From contig JBBCGO010000001.1 in NCBI GenBank assembly GCA_037200925.1, forward strand, positions 888,235 to 952,234: 64,000 nucleotides of DNA. The letters run 5' to 3'. Position 1 is the first letter of the stretch. The number at the start of each line of letters is the position of its first letter. Origin of the DNA: Candidatus Doudnabacteria bacterium (lineage in GTDB: Bacteria > Patescibacteriota > Doudnabacteria > UBA920 > O2-02-FULL-48-8). Made by a program: the position numbers and the translations under genes. Below, in pieces: positions 46,878 to 54,955 of this stretch. Below the pieces are notes generated by a model. The model saw nothing but the letters and a program-made list of their open reading frames with translations. It searched no databases and was not told the origin of the DNA.

Positions 46878-47120
46878 ATGCATACAAAAGAAAACTGTCC
46901 GTTTTATGGCTCGACAACTATCGGAGAAAAAGGCCAGGTCGTAATTCCGCAGCAGGTGCGCGAAACTATGAAATTGGAAAAAGGGGATAAGCTTTTGGTT
47001 TTCGGCATGGGCGAGGAGATGGTGGCTTTGGCCAAAGTTTCCCGGTTCGAAAAATTCGAGAAACATCTTTCCTCAAAGCTTGAGTCGATCAGAAAAATTA
47101 TTAAAGAAAATGGAGACTAA
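46878..47120 (+). CDS. AbrB/MazE/SpoVT-family DNA-binding protein.
   Basis: Swapped-hairpin motif 'IGEKGQVVIPQQVRETMKLEKGDKLLV'. Confidence 0.55.
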   Translation: MHTKENCPFYGSTTIGEKGQVVIPQQVRETMKLEKGDKLLVFGMGEEMVALAKVSRFEKFEKHLSSKLESIRKIIKENGD

Positions 47121-47121
47121 T

Positions 47122-47727
47122 ATGTTTGATACAATCCCGTCTGACGAAGTTATAAACAAAACGGCGGAAGCGCTGAAAGCCAATGGTATTGAAACCTTTG
47201 TCGTCAATACAGGCGCTGAAGCCAAAGCCAAGCTGTTTGAGATTATCCCGGCGGGCGTGCTGATCATGAACAGCACCTCGGTCACCCTGGATGCGATCGG
47301 GGCCGCAGAAGAGATCGTGAATTCGGGCAGGTATGACCCTGTGCGGGCGAAACTGAATGATCCTAATACACCGCCAAAAGAAAAAGTTATTTTAGGGGCT
47401 ACTGCAGACTGGGCGACAGGAAGCGCAAGTGCGGTCACGCAAGACGGAACTGTGCTGATTGCCTCCAACACAGGCAGCCAGCTTCCCTCCGAGGCTTACG
47501 GCTCGGCAAATGTTGTATTTGTTGTTGGAGCGCAGAAGATCGTTAAGGACCGCGATGAGGGCTTCAAAAGAATTTATGACTATGTCCTGCCCAAAGAATC
47601 GGTGCGGGCCAACAAAGCATACAATATCACAACCGGCAGTTTTGTAAGCAAATTGCTGATAATCAACCGCGAGATCAAACCCGGCCGCATTAAATTGATT
47701 TTGGTCAAAGAAGTCTTGGGCTTCTGA
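47122..47727 (+). CDS. LUD-domain protein (LutC/YkgG family).
   Basis: The ATG at 47122 sits 1 nt after the upstream stop. 'LIMNSTSVTLDAIGA' and 'NVVFVVGAQKIV' segments are typical of DUF162/LUD proteins. Family-level call only. Confidence 0.45.
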   Translation: MFDTIPSDEVINKTAEALKANGIETFVVNTGAEAKAKLFEIIPAGVLIMNSTSVTLDAIGAAEEIVNSGRYDPVRAKLNDPNTPPKEKVILGATADWATGSASAVTQDGTVLIASNTGSQLPSEAYGSANVVFVVGAQKIVKDRDEGFKRIYDYVLPKESVRANKAYNITTGSFVSKLLIINREIKPGRIKLILVKEVLGF

Positions 47728-47831
47728 TTATTTGACAGAACTAGCGTAAATGCTAAGGATTTGCTATACTAATTTGCGTATTGCCTGCCAGATGGCAGGC
47801 AGGTTAATAAAGTAATTAAGAAAGGTATCTT

Positions 47832-48116
47832 ATGGCCAAAGGAATGACCAAATCCGAGGTGCTCAATGCGGTTGCCGAAAAGACCGGCAAGAGCCGCAAA
47901 GAAGTCGCCGAATTTATCGACGCTGTCGTGGGTGTTGCCTACGAAGAGACCAAAAAGAGCGGGGAATTCACCATCCCGGGCTTAGGAAAGCTTTTAAAGA
48001 AGCACCGCGAAGCCCGCATGGGACGTAACCCGGCCACCGGCGAATCGATCAAGATCGGCGCCAAAACCGTTGTTAAGTTCCGCGTGGCAAAAGCCGCGAA
48101 AGACGCAATTCTTTAA
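47832..48116 (+). CDS. hup: HU-family nucleoid protein.
   Basis: 'MTKSEVLNAVAEKTGKSRKEV...FTIPGLGKL...RNPATGESIKIGAKTVVKFR'. Confidence 0.85.
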   Translation: MAKGMTKSEVLNAVAEKTGKSRKEVAEFIDAVVGVAYEETKKSGEFTIPGLGKLLKKHREARMGRNPATGESIKIGAKTVVKFRVAKAAKDAIL

Positions 48117-48133
48117 TTAGAATTACACAAAAG

Positions 48134-48165
48134 ATCCGCTCCTAAGATCAGAGCGGGTTTTTTGT
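48134..48165 (+). terminator. Rho-independent terminator after hup.
   Basis: ccgctc-ctaagatcag-agcgg hairpin then GTTTTTTG. Confidence 0.6.
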
Positions 48166-48341
48166 TTGATAAATGTTTGATAAAAATCAGGCTTGACGGC
48201 GGAAGGAAAATCTGCTATAATACACATAGATAGATTTTTTTGATGGAAACTAAATATCAATTCAAACTTGGAAAAACCGAGTAAATCCCGCTTTTTGGGT
48301 CTTGGTTTTTTTGTCTTGCATAAGTATTCAAATCCTGGGCC

Positions 48342-48779
48342 TTGATCAAAATCGAGAAACTAAAACTCAAAACCCAAAAACAATTCGAACTCATCGATAT
48401 TACTGATAAAGTCAAAACAGTTTTGGAATCCGCAGGTATTGATTCCGGGATGCTCACGGTGTTTTCGCCGCACACCACAGCTGCGATCCGCATCAACCAC
48501 AACGAACCGCTGCTCATCCAGGATATTATCAAAATGATCTATCGGCTGGTGCCGGTGGATATCAATTATTCCCACGATCTGTTTGAGATCCGCTCCGGGA
48601 TAGATGCGGGGGAGCGCAGCAACGGGCACGCGCATGTCAAAGCTTTTTTGCTGGGGTCATCGGAAACTATTCCCGTGGCTCATAAAGAAATGCAACTGGG
48701 GGGAAAGCAAAGTATATTTTTTGTTGAATTGGACGGCGCCAGAGACAGGGAAGTTGTTATTCAAGTAATGGGGGAATGA
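48342..48779 (+). CDS. YjbQ/UPF0047-family protein.
   Basis: 'LTVFSPHTTAAIRINHNEP' and 'GHAHVKAFLLGSSETIPV' conserved blocks. Confidence 0.7.
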   Translation: MIKIEKLKLKTQKQFELIDITDKVKTVLESAGIDSGMLTVFSPHTTAAIRINHNEPLLIQDIIKMIYRLVPVDINYSHDLFEIRSGIDAGERSNGHAHVKAFLLGSSETIPVAHKEMQLGGKQSIFFVELDGARDREVVIQVMGE

Positions 48780-48780
48780 T

Positions 48781-48836
48781 AAATTTCTAATTGACCTAAC
48801 TTTAGAAATTAGATCAATTAGGTTAATTAGAAATTT
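48781..48836. repeat. Imperfect 19-nt inverted repeat (AAATTTCTAATTGACCTAA / TTAGGTTAATTAGAAATTT).
   Basis: 18/19 complementary arms separated by 18 nt. It begins 2 nt after the YjbQ stop and may be a terminator or operator. Confidence 0.5.
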
Positions 48837-48880
48837 TATTTACTTTGTTTCCAAATCATTGGAAAAAATAAACTAAAGGT

Positions 48881-48920
48881 CGTCCGGTCGAATGACCGGA
48901 CGCCCGATCGGATGATCGGG
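48881..48920 (+). promoter_or_regulatory. Tandem G+C-rich hairpins in the 5' leader of the downstream membrane-protein gene.
   Basis: cgtccggtc-gaat-gaccggacg and cccgatc-ggat-gatcggg, then SD AAGGGGG and the ATG at 48944. Attenuator-like or riboswitch-like arrangement of unknown class. Confidence 0.35.
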
Positions 48921-48943
48921 CGAAATGAAAGGGGGTGAATCTA

Positions 48944-49633
48944 ATGAACAATTATTATCAAAATACATATTCACAGGCAATTACCGATTCTTTGAGCAAA
49001 CTTTATGATCAATTCATAAATTTTCTGCCAAGCTTCCTGGTCGCTGTTATTTTTTTGGTCATCGGCTGGGTCGTGGTAGTATTTATTGCCAAACTTATCA
49101 AACAAGCTTTGCATTCTTTAAGGCTGGATGAGTTCGGAGATAAGTTGGGATTAGATGTGGTCTCTGAGAGAACCGGAATGAAAATGACGGTTTCGGGCAC
49201 GATCGCCTGGCTGGTCAAGTGGTTCCTGCTGTTGGCCATATTCTTGGCCGCAGCTGATATCCTTGGACTGACTCAGGTCTCAGTGTTCTTAAACAATGTA
49301 TTATTGTACATTCCTAACGTGATTGCCGGAGCTGCAATACTTTTGGTCGGCACAATGGTCGCCAGATTCCTCGCGAAATTGGTCCGCCATTCTGTCGCTG
49401 CGGCAGGTTTGTCTTCTGCCGATATGCTGGGAGCAGTGACCCAATGGTCTGTCATGATCTTTACGATCCTGGCGACCCTGGATCAGCTGAAAGTGGCTCA
49501 AGCCTTCGTAGCAACCCTGTTCACCGGCATTATTGCCATGCTTGCAATTGCGGGCGGACTTGCTTTCGGTCTCGGCGGCCGTGATCATGCAACCAAGGTT
49601 TTGAATAGGATCGAAAGAGATATCAAATCGTAG
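48944..49633 (+). CDS. Membrane protein with two 'conserved TM helix' repeats (MscS-associated type).
   Basis: Two related halves, each with paired TM helices (FLVAVIFLVIGWVVVVFIAKLIK / LLYIPNVIAGAAILLVGTMVARFLAKLV). The ORF track starts at the GTG at 48935; the ATG at 48944 has better SD spacing. Confidence 0.45.
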   Translation: MNNYYQNTYSQAITDSLSKLYDQFINFLPSFLVAVIFLVIGWVVVVFIAKLIKQALHSLRLDEFGDKLGLDVVSERTGMKMTVSGTIAWLVKWFLLLAIFLAAADILGLTQVSVFLNNVLLYIPNVIAGAAILLVGTMVARFLAKLVRHSVAAAGLSSADMLGAVTQWSVMIFTILATLDQLKVAQAFVATLFTGIIAMLAIAGGLAFGLGGRDHATKVLNRIERDIKS

Positions 49634-49847
49634 GAGATAGGTTATAGTTCTTTCTAAAAATTTCCATCTAAAAAAACAAATCAACCGCATTCCAGCGGTT
49701 GATTTGTTTTCCGCCGCCGATCGCGAATTAAGAAACTCCACTATAAATATTGGGGTTGCACATCGGAGTAATATGTGCTATAATATAAGTGTAAGTTTGC
49801 AGTGTTTCTGAAACAAAAACAAAAGAAAACAAAATAAAAATCAAACA

Positions 49848-50327
49848 ATGATATCCAAGCTCCGCTTTGGGCTTTTATTGGCGTTAATAGGCATGTTTTT
49901 GGCCGGCAGCTATTCCAGTTCTCCGCTGACTGCGCAGCAAATTTTGAATTTGGTCAACCGCGACCGTGAAAAGCACGGTCTTTCTTCATTGTCTCTTAAT
50001 CCTACTTTGAACTTAGCTGCTCTGGCTAAAGCCGATGACATGATCAATAAAAATTATTTTGCGCATGTGAGTCCCGCCGGCACCAAGCCTTGGGACTGGT
50101 TTCTGAGCCTCGGCTATAACTACAGTTACGCCGGAGAAAATCTGGCCGAAGGTTATACTGATCCGTATGAGCTTGAAAATTCCTGGATGAGCAGCCCGGC
50201 TCACAGGGCCAATATTTTGTCGCCATTCTATTCCGAAGCGGGTTTAGCCGTCGTTGAGAGGAATAACACGAATATCATTGTCCAATTCTTCGGCAGCAAG
50301 GAAAACAAAGTCACATTGAGGCAATAA
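49848..50327 (+). CDS. Secreted CAP/SCP/PR1-like domain protein.
   Basis: Signal peptide, then 'LNLVNRDREKHGL', 'YFAHVSPAGTKPWDW', 'GENLAEGYTDP', 'SSPAHRANIL' CAP motifs. Confidence 0.7.
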   Translation: MISKLRFGLLLALIGMFLAGSYSSSPLTAQQILNLVNRDREKHGLSSLSLNPTLNLAALAKADDMINKNYFAHVSPAGTKPWDWFLSLGYNYSYAGENLAEGYTDPYELENSWMSSPAHRANILSPFYSEAGLAVVERNNTNIIVQFFGSKENKVTLRQ

Positions 50328-50343
50328 TAAATTTGCAGGCTTA

Positions 50344-50373
50344 ACTCCGCTCCGTTTCAGGAGCGGTTTTTTG
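50344..50373 (+). terminator. Rho-independent terminator.
   Basis: ctccgctcc-gtttca-ggagcgg then TTTTTTG. Confidence 0.6.
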
Positions 50374-50414
50374 TTGCCCTTTATACTTTATAACAAATAC
50401 TTTATACTTGTTTT

Positions 50415-51491
50415 ATGAACGAATACGAAATACCAAGATCAAGCAAAAGCATCAGAAACAAAGTGCAACTGGCAGCGGCAGTAGTTTTGGTCGCGCTTTT
50501 GGTCGCTGTAATTTATTATGAAACCAAGGTCAACCAGGCGGCCAGCTCCGAAAGCCGGCAAGTTATGTTCACGGTGGCCAAAGGATCCAGAACGCGGCAG
50601 GTGGCGGAAGAACTCGCGAAAGAAAAAATCATCGGCAGTCCGACTGTATTTTTAATTTATACATCTTTACATTCTGCGGCCAAGAAAATCCAAGCCGGGC
50701 AGTATTCGCTGAACGCCAACATGGCAATCCCGGAAATTGTTAATGTGCTGACGCAGGGAAAAGTTATTCCGACATCCAGCAAAGTGACCTTTATCGAAGG
50801 CGAAACGAATGCTCAAGTGGCGAAAGATCTGGGAGACCAAAATATTGCCGGCGCGGATGATTTTTTGCACGCGACCGCTGACAGCGGATACAGTTTTAAA
50901 TATTTGAGTGTTGCAGCCAAGGTCAATTACCAGGGCTTTCTTTTTCCGGATACTTACGAGATCGGTAAGACGGATACCGTAAAAGATATCGTGCAAAAAA
51001 TGCTGACAGATTTTCAGACAAAGTTTACTGACAAAATGTACGCCGACTCGCAGGCCCGCGATGTTAAATTAATTGATTTGATCACATTGGCTTCGATCGT
51101 AGAAAAAGAAGTCGGCAGAAACAAAACCAACCTCACAGCCGATGATCTGTCTACAATGCAAAAAGAACGCGAACTGGTTGCTTCGGTTTTTTATAATCGA
51201 CTGAGTGCAGGCATGCCTTTGGAATCCGATGCCACAGTCAATTACATCACAGGTAAATCTGACCGCTCGGTTACTACTGCGGACACCAAGATCAAATCGG
51301 CTTATAATACTTACCAAGTAAAGGGTTTGCCGCCAACACCGATCTCCAACCCGGGCCTAGATTCAATTATGGCCGCCATTTATCCGGCAAAGTCGGATTA
51401 TCTATATTTTTTGAATGCGCCGGACGGAACCGCGTATTTTGCCAAGACTTTGGATGAGCATAACGCTAATAAAGCCAAGTACCTGAAATAA
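50415..51491 (+). CDS. mltG: Endolytic murein transglycosylase MltG (YceG-like).
   Basis: N-terminal TM and YceG motifs 'IAGADDFLHATA', 'GFLFPDTYEI', 'TLASIVEKE', 'LESDATVNYITG'. Confidence 0.75.
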   Translation: MNEYEIPRSSKSIRNKVQLAAAVVLVALLVAVIYYETKVNQAASSESRQVMFTVAKGSRTRQVAEELAKEKIIGSPTVFLIYTSLHSAAKKIQAGQYSLNANMAIPEIVNVLTQGKVIPTSSKVTFIEGETNAQVAKDLGDQNIAGADDFLHATADSGYSFKYLSVAAKVNYQGFLFPDTYEIGKTDTVKDIVQKMLTDFQTKFTDKMYADSQARDVKLIDLITLASIVEKEVGRNKTNLTADDLSTMQKERELVASVFYNRLSAGMPLESDATVNYITGKSDRSVTTADTKIKSAYNTYQVKGLPPTPISNPGLDSIMAAIYPAKSDYLYFLNAPDGTAYFAKTLDEHNANKAKYLK

Positions 51492-51493
51492 AA

Positions 51494-51931
51494 GTGGCCG
51501 GAAACCGAAAAAATCACGGATTTACTTTGATAGAATTGCTGGTAGTGATAGCCATAATCGGTCTTTTGGCCACAATAATCCTGGTTTCTTTAAATAGCGC
51601 AAGAGTCAAAGCCAGAAATGCCCGCAGACTGGCCGATGCTCATCAATTGGTAACAGCCATGCAATTGTATTTATCCGATAACGGGAATATGATGGCTTGC
51701 GGTGGGGCCGTCAGCAATAACCCTACCGATTGGGACAATGGCCGATGTCTGCAAAACGCCCTTTCTCCGTATATGAGCAAACTGCCTTTGGATCCTCTTA
51801 ATGATGTCAATTATTATTATTATGTTTGTACGGAAGGATCGGGATGTAATGCTAGTTATCCGGATTCCCGTTATTGGGTGCAATTTTGGCTGGAAAATTT
51901 GGGCGGGCAAACATTTTTCGTTTACAAATAG
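51494..51931 (+). CDS. Type IV pilin-like/pseudopilin protein (prepilin-type N-terminal cleavage/methylation domain).
   Basis: Class III signal 'NHGFTLIELLVVIAIIGLLATII'. Confidence 0.65.
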   Translation: MAGNRKNHGFTLIELLVVIAIIGLLATIILVSLNSARVKARNARRLADAHQLVTAMQLYLSDNGNMMACGGAVSNNPTDWDNGRCLQNALSPYMSKLPLDPLNDVNYYYYVCTEGSGCNASYPDSRYWVQFWLENLGGQTFFVYK

Positions 51932-52091
51932 GCTTGTTGACATGATCCCGGAATTCATCTATACTGTTTAGGAATTAAATATCTCCAAAGACCGTAGCTG
52001 ACATTTGTCTTAATTCGCTACGCAGGAACAAAAATCACTTAGTGATATTGAACCGTTGTCTTTGGACAGCGGATTTATTTTTATTAATTTA

Positions 52092-52215
52092 CGAAAAAAT
52101 TGAGTCGCAGTCCCTACTTGTCGGGACGAGAACAATTTTTTCGAGAGGAGTAATATGTCGACCATAGCGTATTCCGACTTGTCGGGATCGCGAAGGTTCG
52201 ACAAATTACGACGAT
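52092..52215 (+). promoter_or_regulatory. Conserved structured leader element, copy 1 (upstream of rplJ).
   Basis: cgaaaaaattgagtcgcag-[hairpin gtccc/gggac]-gagaacaattttttcgagaggag... The blocks are shared with 52778-52895 and 63143-63262, and the variable hairpins show compensatory base changes. Confidence 0.6.
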
Positions 52216-52740
52216 ATGGCAGTAACCAGAAAAGAAAAAGAAGCATCACTAGCATCGTTAACGGAAGATTTGAAATCCGCTCGCGGTGTGGTCTTTACCG
52301 AATACCGCGGCATGACCGTAAAGCAGATGGATAACGTGCGCAAGAATTTGCGCAAAGAAAACGTGAAGTATCAGGTGGTGAAGATCACCTTGCTGAAAAA
52401 AGCTTTAGCCGCCTTGGGAATTAATGCTGACGGGTTGAAGTATGCAGGGCCTCTGGCTGTGGCAGTATCGGATGAGGAAGAAACAGCGCCGGCGAGAATT
52501 CTTAAGAGTCTTATCCGCGAAAACCCTCAACTGGTTTTGGACGGCGGAATTTTCAATCATGAATTGGTTGGCTCGGATGTTGTGGCTAAGCTGGCTTCAT
52601 TACCAAGCAAACAGCAGCTGCTGGGGCAATTAGTTTCTGTTCTGTCAGGCCCGGCCCGAGGATTGGTCACTGTACTTTCCGGCAACACCAGAAATCTGTT
52701 GAACGTATTGAATGCAATTAAGGATAAGAAGAATAATTAA
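52216..52740 (+). CDS. rplJ: 50S ribosomal protein L10.
   Basis: 'VTRKEKEASLASLTEDLKSARGVVFTEYRGMTVKQMDNVRKNLR'. Confidence 0.85.
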   Translation: MAVTRKEKEASLASLTEDLKSARGVVFTEYRGMTVKQMDNVRKNLRKENVKYQVVKITLLKKALAALGINADGLKYAGPLAVAVSDEEETAPARILKSLIRENPQLVLDGGIFNHELVGSDVVAKLASLPSKQQLLGQLVSVLSGPARGLVTVLSGNTRNLLNVLNAIKDKKNN

Positions 52741-52777
52741 AGGTCGATTTACTTGTTATAGAGTCTATAATTAATTA

Positions 52778-52895
52778 CGAAAAAATTGAGTCGCAGGCTC
52801 GAAGAGCCGAGAACAATTTTTTCGAGAGGAGTAATAAGTCGACCGGAGCGCATTTTACGAAGTAAAATCGCGAAGGTTCGACCAATTACGACGAC
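52778..52895 (+). promoter_or_regulatory. Conserved structured leader element, copy 2 (upstream of rplL).
   Basis: Same primary blocks as copy 1. Hairpin 1 is replaced by ggctc-gaag-gagcc and hairpin 2 by attttac-gaa-gtaaaat. It is preceded by a TATAAT box (52766-52771). Confidence 0.6.
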
Positions 52896-53273
52896 ATGGC
52901 AAATTTTGATAACATAGTTTCTGAGATCGAAAAGCTTACCGTGCTGGAAGTTTCCGAATTGGTGAAAACCTTGGAAGAAAAATTCGGTGTTTCGGCTGCC
53001 GCTCCCATGATGATGGCAGCAGCAGGTCCTTCAGCCGGTGGAGGCGCACCCGTTGAAGAAAAAACTGAATTTACGGTTGAACTGACGGAAGCCGGCGCTA
53101 ATAAGATCAACGTCATCAAGGTAGTGCGCGAGGTAACCGGCAAGGGTCTGAAAGAAGCGAAAGATCTGGTTGACGCAGCTCCAAAGCCGATCAAAGAGAA
53201 CATAGGAAAAGCTGAAGCCGAGGAACTGAAGAAGAAATTGGAAGAAGCCGGCGCGAAGGTAATATTGAAATAG
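52896..53273 (+). CDS. rplL: 50S ribosomal protein L7/L12.
   Basis: '[31 protein letters not shown]' and '[28 protein letters not shown]'. Confidence 0.85.
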   Translation: MANFDNIVSEIEKLTVLEVSELVKTLEEKFGVSAAAPMMMAAAGPSAGGGAPVEEKTEFTVELTEAGANKINVIKVVREVTGKGLKEAKDLVDAAPKPIKENIGKAEAEELKKKLEEAGAKVILK

Positions 53274-53293
53274 GTAATAAGTAATAAGTTTTA

Positions 53294-53325
53294 GACCCGA
53301 GTCAACACTCGGGTTTTTGTTTTTC
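53294..53325 (+). terminator. Rho-independent terminator after rplL.
   Basis: acccgagt-caac-actcgggt stem followed by TTTTTGTTTTT. Confidence 0.6.
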
Positions 53326-53535
53326 TATACCCTAAAACCTATTAACCTCAAACTTATCAAATTGCTCTTTACAAGTTCTCTTTTTTGTGCTATAATGTTT
53401 ACAGATACAGTATTGGTTAGCCGATACTTTGCGGCAAATCATTACAAATCCCCAAGAAACAAAAATAAAATTGAATAAAGAGAGAAGATCAGGGAACAAT
53501 TTTTTTCCTGAGCTTTCTTCTTACTTTGATACAAA

Positions 53536-53766
53536 ATGGAAATCCAAACCGACGAGCTTTTAAGCTTAAAAGAAGCTTCCGAACTGTCGCCTTACAGCGC
53601 TGATTATTTGAATCTTCTGGCGCGAAAAGGGAAGTTAAAGGCGCGTAAAATAGGCCGCGACTGGCTGATCACCAAAGCCGATCTTTTTGATTATCTGCAT
53701 AAACAGCATCTGGACTCAAAGAGCCGTCTCAAGCAGCTTTCAAAATATTTAAACCTGCTTATGTAA
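53536..53766 (+). CDS. Excisionase-family helix-turn-helix DNA-binding protein.
   Basis: 'LSLKEASELSPYSADYLNLLARKGKLKARKIGRDWLITKADLFDYL' HTH. Confidence 0.55.
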   Translation: MEIQTDELLSLKEASELSPYSADYLNLLARKGKLKARKIGRDWLITKADLFDYLHKQHLDSKSRLKQLSKYLNLLM

Positions 53767-53855
53767 GTTGTGTCCTTCGAGGATAAATTCCTTACAGCTT
53801 TGCGCCACTTCAATGGCACCAAACAATCGTAAATTAATTAGAATTAATTAAATCT

Positions 53856-54296
53856 ATGGCAAAAAAATCGAAACCAAAAACTAAAACAACAAGAGTAAAA
53901 AAATATCCGACCCATCATTTGGTCACGATATTGACCTGCGTGCTGGTTCTAGAAGGAATTTTGTTTGCGGTCAGCACTCCGGCTGACTGGCTGAATGCCG
54001 CCAATATTTTGGATGTTTCGGGCGGTGTTTCGGAAACCATGCAGGAAACGATCGTAACTTTTCAGCCGATGATCGACGTGGTGCGGGGCATCAATCAGTT
54101 TTATCAGCTTTCAGCCACCCAGATGATGCGGCTTTTGGATCTGTCCGACAGCGGCGCTGGTCAGGAGATCGGATATATCTATAACGGTGTGGCTGATTTT
54201 TATCAGCAGACCAGTTCTCAGATGGCTCAGCTTCTTGATGTTTCGGATAATCGGTTGTGGACGCCAAAGGTTTCCGGGATTTCAATACAGCGATAA
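53856..54296 (+). CDS. Membrane-anchored hypothetical protein with internal repeats.
   Basis: N-terminal TM and repeated 'FYQ(L/Q)S(A/S)TQM..LLD(L/V)SD' segments. Paralogous to the next gene. Confidence 0.4.
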   Translation: MAKKSKPKTKTTRVKKYPTHHLVTILTCVLVLEGILFAVSTPADWLNAANILDVSGGVSETMQETIVTFQPMIDVVRGINQFYQLSATQMMRLLDLSDSGAGQEIGYIYNGVADFYQQTSSQMAQLLDVSDNRLWTPKVSGISIQR

Positions 54297-54316
54297 TTAC
54301 ACAAAGATCAAAATAA

Positions 54317-54916
54317 ATGCAGAGAGCCGCCGCAATCTTTTATGGTTTGAGTATTTTCGTCCTGATGACGGCTTTTTTCGTCTTGCAGCCGTCGAAGGCG
54401 CCGGAAGTCGCGGCTTTTCAGCAAAGCGTGAAACTGCAAGTCAGTGTGGCCTGGCAGCAAACGATCGGTGACGGACCTTATTTTGACACCCTGGCCAATA
54501 TATATGACGGCGTCACAGGATTTTATATGCAAGCTTCAAATCAGGCGATAGCTTTGCTGTCACAGCCTGATTCTGACGCAGCGGTATATTATGTTTTCCA
54601 TACAACGTACCAGGATTTTGCGCAAATTTTTAAATCAAGACAAGTTCATTTGGCGCAAACTTTAAATTCACCGGGACCCGATAAATTTATGACCGAAGCT
54701 GCGATTGATAATATAATTCCGGATAGCATTGTCCAGGCCAGTGAATCTTCGGGCGTAATTGCGGGTGCTGCCGTCAACGCCGTTGATGCGCCTGTGAACC
54801 AAGAAAATTCATGGGTGACGATCCAGGATAATTTTACGGGCCAAAAATATTGCCTGGCGATCTATAACGGGGAAGTGAATAAATATCTGGGAGAATGTAA
54901 ATCGATTTATCGCTAG
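54317..54916 (+). CDS. Secreted hypothetical protein, paralogue of the preceding gene.
   Basis: Signal/TM 'IFYGLSIFVLMTAFFVL' and 'GFYMQASNQAIALLSQPD' related to the upstream repeats. Confidence 0.4.
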   Translation: MQRAAAIFYGLSIFVLMTAFFVLQPSKAPEVAAFQQSVKLQVSVAWQQTIGDGPYFDTLANIYDGVTGFYMQASNQAIALLSQPDSDAAVYYVFHTTYQDFAQIFKSRQVHLAQTLNSPGPDKFMTEAAIDNIIPDSIVQASESSGVIAGAAVNAVDAPVNQENSWVTIQDNFTGQKYCLAIYNGEVNKYLGECKSIYR

Positions 54917-54955
54917 AATAAAAAAAACGCTCCACCGGAGCGTTTTTTGTTTTGA

